Source: Candidatus Brocadia sp. (GTDB lineage Bacteria > Planctomycetota > Brocadiia > Brocadiales > Brocadiaceae). Taken from it: a stretch of DNA of 32,000 nucleotides. A program made the translations under genes and the position numbers. A model generated the notes under the pieces. It had not been told where the DNA came from. It was given only the letters and a program-made list of their open reading frames with translations, and made no database searches. The stretch lies in contig CP091279.1 of assembly GCA_021650915.1 (NCBI GenBank), positions 3,150,001 through 3,182,000 of the forward strand. The letters run 5' to 3'. Of this stretch, positions 25,171 through 32,000 are shown in pieces. Every line of letters starts with the position of its first letter. Position 1 is the first letter of the stretch.

Positions 25171-25275
25171 AAAAATCTATCAATGCCGATTGGCATTTTC
25201 AAAAAGGCTTTCAACTTAAATGAATTTGCGGGAAACTCTGATCTGAGAAAAAAACGTTACCATTCGTAGATTTTT
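25171..25275 (+). other. Predicted RNA domain closed by a 15-bp helix (candidate leader/ncRNA structure)
   Basis: AAAAATCTATCAATG (25171-25185) pairs with CATTCGTAGATTTTT (25261-25275): 13 Watson-Crick pairs, 1 G.U, 1 mismatch. It starts about 12 nt after the predicted TSS. An inner hairpin AATGCC-GATT-GGCATT lies at 25182-25197. Confidence 0.4.
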
Positions 25276-25491
25276 AAAAGAAATAGATGGGAATATGAGC
25301 AAAGGGCGCTATGGCGATACTGCTCGACAGGAGGGGAGATTTATTAAAAGAAGTTTTTCCCCTGAGTATCGGATGTATTGTCTGTGTCGTTTGATTATCG
25401 TTTTCTGGTAATCATGGTGGATCTTAAAGAAAATATTTAATACGTGCAATTGGGTAAATCCCGGAAATGAGGCAAACAGACCATGATTCTC

Positions 25492-25507
25492 ATATTGCAT
25501 GCAATAT
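25492..25507. promoter_or_regulatory. Perfect 16-bp palindrome (possible operator)
   Basis: ATATTGCATGCAATAT is exactly self-complementary. It is intergenic, 256 bp upstream of the rny start. Confidence 0.5.
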
Positions 25508-25762
25508 TTTGCGAAAGTATCAATGATAAGTGTTAGCGGGGTGTTTCCGGGACGTAATGCTTGCCTTTGATACGTATTTTTTTAAAGAGCCTATCATTCA
25601 TTTCTCGTTCTCTGTCCAGCTCAAATCAGCATTTCACACAGGTGGCATTTCTTCCAGAAGCCGTAGTTTCCCCACCCTTTGTTTCTTGTTATTATCTCTA
25701 ATAAATTCAGGGTTTTTATAATTTCCGGAGGATGAGTCTGATAAAACGACTTGTGAAATAAC

Positions 25763-27319
25763 ATGCAATTACTTCAAATACTGCCATACCTCCTTCTTCC
25801 TGCATGCATTGTTATTGGATACTTTCTGTGCATTCTTGTATCCAGGAAAAAACAAGCGGCCAGCGAAAAGAAGATAAAGCATCTTATTGAAGAATCAGTC
25901 CGTGATGCTGAAAAAATTAAAAAGGAGGCTGATGTAGCTGCAAAAGCGGAACTGTACCAGCGAAGGGAGGCCTTCGAAAAAGAAACACAGGAAACCAAGA
26001 TGGAACTCCGGTTGCAGGAGAAGAGGCTTAGCAAAAGAGAAGACAACCTCGAACGCAAGATGGAACTGTTGACAAAAAAGGAGCGATACATTGATACCCT
26101 TTCTGCAAACTTTGCCCAGAAAGAGAGAAAATTAGACGAGAAGCGGTTGGAACTGGAAAAAACTATAGAAGAAGAGAATAAAACCCTTCTGAAAATATCC
26201 AACTTAACCAGAGACGAGGCGGAGAAACTTTTGTTAAATCGGTTGGAAAAAGAACTCGACGTTAAATGTGCAGAATTGATTTCGAAAAAAATTACCGAAT
26301 CCAAGGAAAATGCCGAACAGACGGCCATATCGTTAATAAGCACGGCGATTCAGCGATGCGCTGCGACGCACACCGCTGAAAATATTGTGAGCTCAATCGA
26401 ACTCCCGAACAATGAAATGAAAGGGCGCATCATCGGGCGTGAAGGAAGAAACATTCGCGCCTTTGAAAAGGCGACCGGTATTGATGTCATCGTGGATGAT
26501 ACCCCGGGCGTCATTGTCCTTTCAGGCTTTGATAGTGTTCGCCGTGAAATAGCGCGCCAATCGATGGAAAAATTGATTGTTGACGGGAGGATACATCCCG
26601 CGCACATTGAAGAAATTGTGAAGGAGACGGAAAAGGAGATCGAGCAGGTTATTCAGGAAACAGGAAAGCAAACCTGCTTTGATTTGGGGGTACATACGAT
26701 TCACCCGGAGATCATAAAACTTATTGGCAGGCTTAAATATCGGACGAGTTACGGTCAAAACCAGCTGCAGCATTCTATCGAAGTTGCCAACCTCATGGGG
26801 ATTATTGCAGGGGAATTAAAACTGGATGTCCCGCTGGCAAAACGATGCGGACTTTTGCATGACATTGGCAAAGCTATCGGCCCTGAAATGGAAGGCACCC
26901 ATGCCGTTGCCGGTGCAGACCTTGCAAAACGTTATGATGAAAGACCTGAAGTGGTTAATGCAATTGCCGGTCACCACGAAGAGACGCCTGTTGAATCGGT
27001 CTATACGGTATTGGTAAGTGCAGCCGATGCCATTTCCGCCGGGAGGCCGGGTGCAAGAAGAGAGACGTTAGAAAAATATATCAAACGATTGGAAAAACTG
27101 GAGAGTATCGCAACCTCTTTCGGCGGTGTCGAAAGCGCCTATGCTATTCAGGCGGGAAGGGAAGTGCGGGTGATGGTTTGTCCGGACAAGACCAATGACA
27201 AGGCTGCCGCCAAGATGTGTTACGACATTGCCAGAGAAATTGAGGGACAATTGGAATATCCGGGTGAGGTCGTTGTTACCGTAATCCGGGAAACACGCTT
27301 TGTTGAGCATGCCAAGTAG
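25763..27319 (+). CDS. rny: Ribonuclease Y
   Basis: N-terminal TM helix (LLQILPYLLLPACIVIGYFLCILV), a long K/E-rich coiled coil, KH domain GRIIGREGRNIRAFE, HD domain LLHDIGKA..GHH; 518 aa. Confidence 0.95.
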   Translation: MQLLQILPYLLLPACIVIGYFLCILVSRKKQAASEKKIKHLIEESVRDAEKIKKEADVAAKAELYQRREAFEKETQETKMELRLQEKRLSKREDNLERKMELLTKKERYIDTLSANFAQKERKLDEKRLELEKTIEEENKTLLKISNLTRDEAEKLLLNRLEKELDVKCAELISKKITESKENAEQTAISLISTAIQRCAATHTAENIVSSIELPNNEMKGRIIGREGRNIRAFEKATGIDVIVDDTPGVIVLSGFDSVRREIARQSMEKLIVDGRIHPAHIEEIVKETEKEIEQVIQETGKQTCFDLGVHTIHPEIIKLIGRLKYRTSYGQNQLQHSIEVANLMGIIAGELKLDVPLAKRCGLLHDIGKAIGPEMEGTHAVAGADLAKRYDERPEVVNAIAGHHEETPVESVYTVLVSAADAISAGRPGARRETLEKYIKRLEKLESIATSFGGVESAYAIQAGREVRVMVCPDKTNDKAAAKMCYDIAREIEGQLEYPGEVVVTVIRETRFVEHAK

Positions 27320-27322
27320 TTT

Positions 27323-29137
27323 ATGCATACAGAGTTTGATGTGATCGTGGTCGGCGCGGGGCATGCAGGCTGCGAGGCTGCCCTCGCAGCTGCACGCATG
27401 GGGATGAACACCGCATTGCTCTCCATAAATCTGGACACGATTGCTCAAATGTCATGCAACCCTGCCATCGGTGGCCTTGCAAAAGGTCAATTGGTTCGGG
27501 AGATCGATGCCCTCGGCGGTGAAATGGCAAAGGTAACGGATGAAACAGGCATTCAGTTCCGTATGCTCAACACCAAAAAAGGCCCTGCCGTCCATTCACC
27601 ACGCGCCCAGGCCGATAAAAAAGCCTACCAGGCATCGATGAAAAAAAGAGTCGAAAGCCAGGATAATCTTTTTTTACGGCAGGAAATCGCCGACGATCTC
27701 ATCCTCGATAAGAAAAAAGTAGTAGGGATTGTTGGCCAGAGCGGCCTATCATACAAAGCAAAGGCCGTTATCCTTACTACCGGGACGTTCTTAAAGGGTC
27801 TTATCCATATCGGTGAGTTTATAACGTCGGGGGGACGGATTGGAGAACTTTCCTCGGAGAAATTGTCAGATTCCTTGCGCAGGGTCGGCTTTGAGGTAGG
27901 CCGTCTCAAGACGGGCACACCTCCCCGTCTCAACGGTCGTACGATCAATTATAGTGTCCTTATGCCTCAGTACGGGGATGAACATCCCACACCTTTCTCC
28001 TTTTCAACAGAAAAGACAGACCGTTCCCAGGTACCCTGCTATATCACGTATACGAATCCCGACACCCATAAGATTATTATTGCAAACTTGTCGCGCGCAC
28101 CGCTCTATACGGGGCAGATTAAGTCGGTAGGACCCCGATACTGTCCGTCCCTGGAAGATAAAATCGTCCGCTTTGCAGGAAAAGATCAGCACCAGGTATT
28201 TCTTGAACCCGAAGGGCTGAACACCCTTGAGGTATATAGTAACGGAATTTCTACCAGCATGCCTCATGATATTCAGGAGGCAATCGTTCATTCGATTGCT
28301 GGCCTGGAATCCGCGGAGGTTGTGCGATATGGTTATGCTATTGAATATGATTTTGTGCCGCCTACCCAGCTCCGGCCATCTCTGGAAACAAAATTGGTGG
28401 AAAACCTTTTTCACGCGGGTCAAATTAATGGGACATCGGGTTACGAGGAGGCCGCCGCCCAGGGGATCATGGCGGGCATCAATGCTGCCCTGAAAATACA
28501 AGGAAAAGATCCTTTCATCCTGGACCGGTCTGAGGCATACATAGGCGTCCTGATCGATGACCTCGTGACAAAAGGCACGCAAGAACCCTACCGGATGTTT
28601 ACCTCCCGTGCGGAATACCGGCTTCTTCTGAGACAGGACAATGCCGACAGAAGGTTGATGAAATATGGATATCGTTACGGGCTCATTTCAGAACAGCAGT
28701 GGCAGAAACTGCGCGAAAAAGAAAACGCTATTACAGAGATTCTTTCACACCTGGATAAAAAAATGGTTGGGCCGGATACCTTGGCAAAAATATTGAGCCG
28801 TCCGGACCACACCTTTGAGGACTTGCTTGCTCTGGACTCCGGTCTTAGTCAACGGCGTCTTTCAAAAGAAATCAAAGAACAGGTCGAGATTGAGGTAAAA
28901 TACAAGGGATACATTGATCGCCAGCATGACCAGATAGAAAAGTTTAAAAAGATGGAAGACTATAAAATACCTGCCTGGCTTGACTACCAGGATATTCCTG
29001 AGCTGAGGAAAGAGGCGCGCCAAAAACTTTTCCAAATCCGTCCGGTTTCGCTGGCGCAGGCATCACGCATTTCTGGAGTTTCTCCAGCCGATATTTCCAT
29101 TCTTATGATTCATCTTGCGGGAAAAGGAAAAAGATAG
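27323..29137 (+). CDS. mnmG: tRNA uridine 5-carboxymethylaminomethyl modification enzyme MnmG (GidA)
   Basis: FDVIVVGAGHAGCEAALAAARMG, PAIGGLAKGQLVREIDALGG, AGQINGTSGYEEAAAQG; 604 aa. Starts 3 nt after the rny stop. Confidence 0.95.
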   Translation: MHTEFDVIVVGAGHAGCEAALAAARMGMNTALLSINLDTIAQMSCNPAIGGLAKGQLVREIDALGGEMAKVTDETGIQFRMLNTKKGPAVHSPRAQADKKAYQASMKKRVESQDNLFLRQEIADDLILDKKKVVGIVGQSGLSYKAKAVILTTGTFLKGLIHIGEFITSGGRIGELSSEKLSDSLRRVGFEVGRLKTGTPPRLNGRTINYSVLMPQYGDEHPTPFSFSTEKTDRSQVPCYITYTNPDTHKIIIANLSRAPLYTGQIKSVGPRYCPSLEDKIVRFAGKDQHQVFLEPEGLNTLEVYSNGISTSMPHDIQEAIVHSIAGLESAEVVRYGYAIEYDFVPPTQLRPSLETKLVENLFHAGQINGTSGYEEAAAQGIMAGINAALKIQGKDPFILDRSEAYIGVLIDDLVTKGTQEPYRMFTSRAEYRLLLRQDNADRRLMKYGYRYGLISEQQWQKLREKENAITEILSHLDKKMVGPDTLAKILSRPDHTFEDLLALDSGLSQRRLSKEIKEQVEIEVKYKGYIDRQHDQIEKFKKMEDYKIPAWLDYQDIPELRKEARQKLFQIRPVSLAQASRISGVSPADISILMIHLAGKGKR

Positions 29138-29301
29138 CTGCTGGTCGTGACAAGGAACTCACCTGAAAATGGGGTACTATTCCGATGCTATTCATCACCT
29201 CGGCCCCGTCCTTCGTGGGGAATAAAGTGCATCCACAAAGTATTAAATGTATGGTAAAAAGTTAGCTTTATGAAAATTCTCTTTATGAATACTGTTGTCT
29301 T

Positions 29302-29336
29302 GTAGGGACAGGTTTTAAACCTACCCCCTACTTTTT
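29302..29336 (+). terminator. REP-like imperfect palindrome plus T5: terminator candidate downstream of rny-mnmG
   Basis: GTAGGGACAGGTTTTAAACCTACCCCCTAC (29302-31) folds as 6 bp plus 5 bp around a small internal loop, followed by TTTTT (29332-29336). Confidence 0.45.
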
Positions 29337-29520
29337 AAAGCCCGTTTTATCTGCGCGCACAAGCTCTGATTTGGCAAGCGTTGCCTTGGTTCTCACCTCA
29401 AAGGTTTCCGAGGGACTGTGGCGGCAGCATTTAAAACCCTCTATACCACCAAACATGACCTACCGTCGCCCTTTCTCCTGTTGATTGTTCAGCACGGATT
29501 TCCGTGGTACGGGATTTTTA

Positions 29521-29547
29521 TTGCATGGGCAGCTAACAGAGTATAAT
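29521..29547 (+). promoter_or_regulatory. Promoter candidate for phoU
   Basis: TTGCAT (29521-29526), a short 15-bp spacer, TATAAT (29542-29547). 76 bp upstream of ATG 29623. Confidence 0.3.
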
Positions 29548-29622
29548 ATCATAAAAGAGGTTTTTTGCTCTTCAAAACGATTAACGAAGAAGATATTTTT
29601 CGGGGGATTTAAGGAAAGCGTT

Positions 29623-30297
29623 ATGGAACGGCATTTTGATCAGCAATTGGGGCTGTTGAGGAAAAACCTCATTCAGATGGCTTCTCTGGTGGAGACGGCG
29701 ATTGCCAATGCCGTAAAATCTCTGATTGAGAGAAATAGTGAGTTAGCGCGTCAGGTGGTGAAAAGTGATGAACAGGTGGATACCCTGGAACTGGAACTTG
29801 AAAAACAATGCGTGGACTTGCTGGCGTTGCAGCAGCCGCTGGCCATCGATCTCCGGTTTATTACCGCCGCTATTAAGATTACCAACAATCTCGAACGCAT
29901 GGGCGATCTCGCTGTCAATATCGCAGAACGTGTGATTCCGCTGAACCAGGAGCCGCAACTGAAACCGCTTATTGATATTCCCCGGATGGCGACTATTACC
30001 CAAACCATGGTGAAAGACAGCATAGATGCATTTGTGAACAAGGATACGGCGCTTGCCAGGGCTGTCGCTGAACGCGATTCCACCGTAGATTCCCTGAACG
30101 ACCAGATATTCAGGGAGCTATTGACCTACATGATGCAGGACCCGGCAAACATAACGCGGGCAGTGCATTTGATTCTGATTTCCCGTCATCTGGAAAGGAT
30201 TGCAGATCACTCCACCAACATTGCCGAAGAGGTCATCTATATTGTCAAGGCCAAGGTCGTCAAGCATCGCAGCACCAGTCTGGAAGAGATTTCGTAG
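29623..30297 (+). CDS. phoU: Phosphate signalling complex protein PhoU
   Basis: Starts MERHFDQQLGLLRKNL.. with AAGGAAAG 5 nt upstream. Two PhoU repeats with ..NNLERMGDLAVNIAE.. and ..SRHLERIADHSTNIAE..; 224 aa. The track's 29485 start adds an implausible leader. Confidence 0.9.
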   Translation: MERHFDQQLGLLRKNLIQMASLVETAIANAVKSLIERNSELARQVVKSDEQVDTLELELEKQCVDLLALQQPLAIDLRFITAAIKITNNLERMGDLAVNIAERVIPLNQEPQLKPLIDIPRMATITQTMVKDSIDAFVNKDTALARAVAERDSTVDSLNDQIFRELLTYMMQDPANITRAVHLILISRHLERIADHSTNIAEEVIYIVKAKVVKHRSTSLEEIS

Positions 30298-30467
30298 TGC
30301 CTTTCAAAGATAGTGGTGATCTTTTTAGTAAAGATCGGACTCTCCGGAATATCCCAAAAGAAGGAATACTTTCTATCAGCAATAGTTTACACCGCGGTTT
30401 AACAATAAAACAAGTGACCCTGGCGGAAAATAAGTAATTTGCAAAACAAGTTTTAACCGGTTTTCGA

Positions 30468-30497
30468 TTGAGTTTTTATATCATTTTGTGCTATATT
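30468..30497 (+). promoter_or_regulatory. Sigma-70 promoter candidate (extended -10) for mdh
   Basis: TTGAGT (30468-30473), an 18-bp spacer ending in TGc, TATATT (30492-30497). Confidence 0.5.
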
Positions 30498-30552
30498 CTT
30501 CACCTTGCTTCAACGAGATAGTGCTGTAAAAAACGAAAAAAAGGAGGTCGGT

Positions 30553-31488
30553 GTGGCGAGAAAAAAGATAACCGTTGTCGGCGCCGGGAACGTAGGGGCT
30601 ACCACGGCTCAGCGCCTTGCTGAAAAAGAGCTCGGTGACGTGATTCTGATGGATATCGTACAGGACATGCCACAGGGAAAGGCCCTGGATATCCTGGAAT
30701 CTGCGCCAATCTATGGGTATGATTCAATGGTCAGTGGCACAAACGGGTACGAGGAAACAAGAGGGTCTGATATCGTGGTCATTACCTCTGGTGTGGCCAG
30801 AAAACCGGGGATGAGCAGGGATGACTTGCTGAAAACGAACGCTGGCATTGTAAAAGGGGTAGTTGAAAATGTGGTAAAAACCTCGCCTGATGCCATTTTG
30901 ATCGTTGTGTCTAACCCCCTGGATGCTATGACCTATGTGGCCTACAAGGTGAGTCATTTCCCAAAACATCGCGTCATTGGCATGGCGGGCGTTCTGGATG
31001 CTGCGCGGTTTCGCGCCTTCCTTGCATTAGAGCTCAGGGTTTCGGTAGAAAACATTCATGCCTTTGTATTGGGTGGACATGGGGATACCATGGTCCCTTT
31101 GACGCGATATACGACGATTGCAGGAGTCTCTGTAGAGGAACTCATACCGAAAGGTCGCCTGGAGGCAATCGTAAAACGCACCAGAGATGGCGGTGCAGAG
31201 ATTGTGAACCTGCTCAAGACGGGCAGCGCCTTTTATGCCCCATCGGCAGCAGTGGCAGAGATGGCGGAATCCATTCTAAAAGACAAAAGGAAGATACTGC
31301 CTTGTGCCGTTTTGTGTGAAGGAGAATACAGCATTAATGGCCTCTTTGTGGGTGTGCCGGTAAAACTCGGTGGAAAGGGCATTGAACAGATCTTTGAGGT
31401 CAAACTTAATGGAGAAGAGGCTGCTGCCTTGAAACGGTCTGCCGAGGCGGTGAAAACTCTGTGCGAACAAGTGGATAAATTACTGTAA
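30553..31488 (+). CDS. mdh: Malate dehydrogenase (LDH-like MDH family)
   Basis: GTG start 5 nt after [22 protein letters not shown] Rossmann motif. [15 protein letters not shown] has Arg (MDH) rather than Gln (LDH). [10 protein letters not shown]. 311 aa. Confidence 0.9.
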   Translation: MARKKITVVGAGNVGATTAQRLAEKELGDVILMDIVQDMPQGKALDILESAPIYGYDSMVSGTNGYEETRGSDIVVITSGVARKPGMSRDDLLKTNAGIVKGVVENVVKTSPDAILIVVSNPLDAMTYVAYKVSHFPKHRVIGMAGVLDAARFRAFLALELRVSVENIHAFVLGGHGDTMVPLTRYTTIAGVSVEELIPKGRLEAIVKRTRDGGAEIVNLLKTGSAFYAPSAAVAEMAESILKDKRKILPCAVLCEGEYSINGLFVGVPVKLGGKGIEQIFEVKLNGEEAAALKRSAEAVKTLCEQVDKLL

Positions 31489-31552
31489 ATACCGGAACCA
31501 TACTCGGAAGCCGGAATACCGAAATCAGTTGGACGGCTGATTGCAAAAAAGC

Positions 31553-32000
31553 ATGAATCTGATGAAAGCAGAAAAACGTTTACTCGAAATTCTTTTGCAA
31601 AAATCCTTTAAGTACAGCGAAGAACCTGTCTTCAAATTGGTATCGGGAAGGATGAGCAACTACTACATCAATTGCAAAACGACAACGTTGGACCCGGAGG
31701 CGATGCTTTTAATCGGGCATCTTTTCTATCAGAAGGTCAAACCGTTTCATATCCATGCCATTGGCGGGCTGACTTTGGGCGCCGACCCGATTGCCTTCGC
31801 TACCGCCATGGTCAGCGGCATGCAGGACGATGCGATTAATGCCTTTGTTGTGCGAAAAAAGGCAAAGGAACATGGGCTAATGAAATGGATTGAAGGTAAC
31901 GTGCGGGAAGGGGACCGGGTTGTGATCGTAGATGATGTCGTAACTACCGGACAATCGACGATAGACGCCATTGACCGCGCCCGGGAGTCAAACTTACATG
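31553..32000 (+). CDS. pyrE: Orotate phosphoribosyltransferase, 5' portion (runs off the window end; absent from the ORF track)
   Basis: I translated this by hand and found it open from ATG 31553 to base 32000: MNLMKAEKRLLEILLQKSF..FKLVSGRMSNYYINCK..IGGLTLGADPIAFA..VVRKKAKEHG..GDRVVIVDDVVTTGQS (PRPP-binding motif). Confidence 0.85.
   Translation, partial: MNLMKAEKRLLEILLQKSFKYSEEPVFKLVSGRMSNYYINCKTTTLDPEAMLLIGHLFYQKVKPFHIHAIGGLTLGADPIAFATAMVSGMQDDAINAFVVRKKAKEHGLMKWIEGNVREGDRVVIVDDVVTTGQSTIDAIDRARESNLH

Noticed and set aside
25295-25411. 38-aa plus-strand ORF (MSKGRYGDTARQEGRFIKRSFSPEYRMYCLCRLIIVFW) considered as a type-I-toxin-like peptide. Also the 63-aa ORFs at 25309-25500 (minus) and 25530-25721 (plus)
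   Set aside because: The hydrophobic stretch is only about 12 residues, too short for a TM helix. The RBS is poor and there is no antisense-RNA architecture I can demonstrate. The 63-aa ORFs have no RBS and no motif.
25774-26343. 189-aa minus-strand ORF antisense to the 5' part of rny
   Set aside because: It is the mirror of the K/E-rich coiled-coil coding region and gives a low-complexity S/F/L-rich product. This is a classic shadow ORF opposite a confidently identified gene.
28004-28582. 192-aa minus-strand ORF inside mnmG. Similar antisense or off-frame ORFs lie inside sat (17032-17550, 16959-17203), the GT9 gene (8221-8655), the ArnT-like gene (13195-13695, 13778-14158), miaB (9834-10408), the aprA-like gene (15441-15804) and the protease gene (18269-20580)
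   Set aside because: All lie entirely within genes that have strong family motifs in another frame or strand. None shows a recognisable motif or a plausible RBS.
29328-29456. 42-aa minus-strand ORF ending in the REP-like palindrome
   Set aside because: The AGGAG is 18 nt from the ATG, there is no recognisable motif, and ORFs running into such palindromes are typical annotation artefacts.
30306-30336. Three short complementary segments after phoU (AAAGAT / GATCTTT / AAAGATC) that could form two alternative hairpins, which looks attenuator-like
   Set aside because: The stems are 6-7 bp and AT-rich, so they would be thermodynamically marginal. The position after a stop codon has no obvious regulated downstream target. 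It may just be a weak terminator.
1-32000. Whole-window scan for CRISPR arrays, tRNA/rRNA genes, IS/transposase/integrase genes, toxin-antitoxin pairs, restriction-modification or other defence-island genes, and long tandem repeats
   Set aside because: I found none. The repeats present are limited to the short inverted or direct repeats reported above. Gene content is housekeeping plus envelope biogenesis.

Overview
This looks like an ordinary chromosomal segment from a diderm, LPS-making bacterium. It is moderately AT-rich. Taxon cannot be established from sequence alone; a Planctomycetota/anammox-like origin is only a low-confidence impression. I support 25 protein-coding genes, two of them cut by the window edges. 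I saw no rRNA, tRNA, CRISPR array, transposase, integrase or recognisable phage or defence gene.

Layout:
- 1-1076: the 3' end of a sigma-54 activator, then a textbook -24/-12 promoter driving an orphan 87-aa protein.
- 1077-1662: a 0.6-kb AT-rich gap holding a 22-bp inverted repeat.
- 1663-9757: seven tightly packed, co-directional envelope-glycan genes (GT4, tandem LPS-kinase protein, two GT1/GT4, GT2, GT9 heptosyltransferase-like, GT2).
- 9746-11098: miaB on the minus strand, overlapping the previous gene tail to tail.
- 11344-14293: two polytopic GT-C-type glycosyltransferases (GT87/DUF2029-like and ArnT/PMT-like).
- 14507-17685: short-form aprA-like, aprB-like and sat.
- 17804-17899: a 78-bp MITE-like hairpin flanked by 9-bp direct repeats.
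- 17967-20993: a 1008-aa S41 protease on the minus strand.
- 21322-23971: an outer-membrane beta-barrel gene plus a polyprenyl glycosylphosphotransferase gene.
- 23977-24948: GNAT and PPC/DUF296 genes on the minus strand.
- 24949-25762: a 0.8-kb non-coding stretch.
- 25763-32000: rny, mnmG, orphan phoU, mdh and the 5' part of pyrE (the pyrE ORF is missing from the ORF track because it runs off the end).

I found no convincing new multi-gene system. The most checkable curiosities are the self-contained sigma-54 unit with its orphan small protein, the tandem (degenerate plus canonical) LPS-kinase fusion, the structured 600-nt region upstream of rny, the MITE-like insertion, and the short aprAB-like/sat cluster that has no dissimilatory partner genes in view.

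All functional calls come from motif recognition by eye, not database searches.
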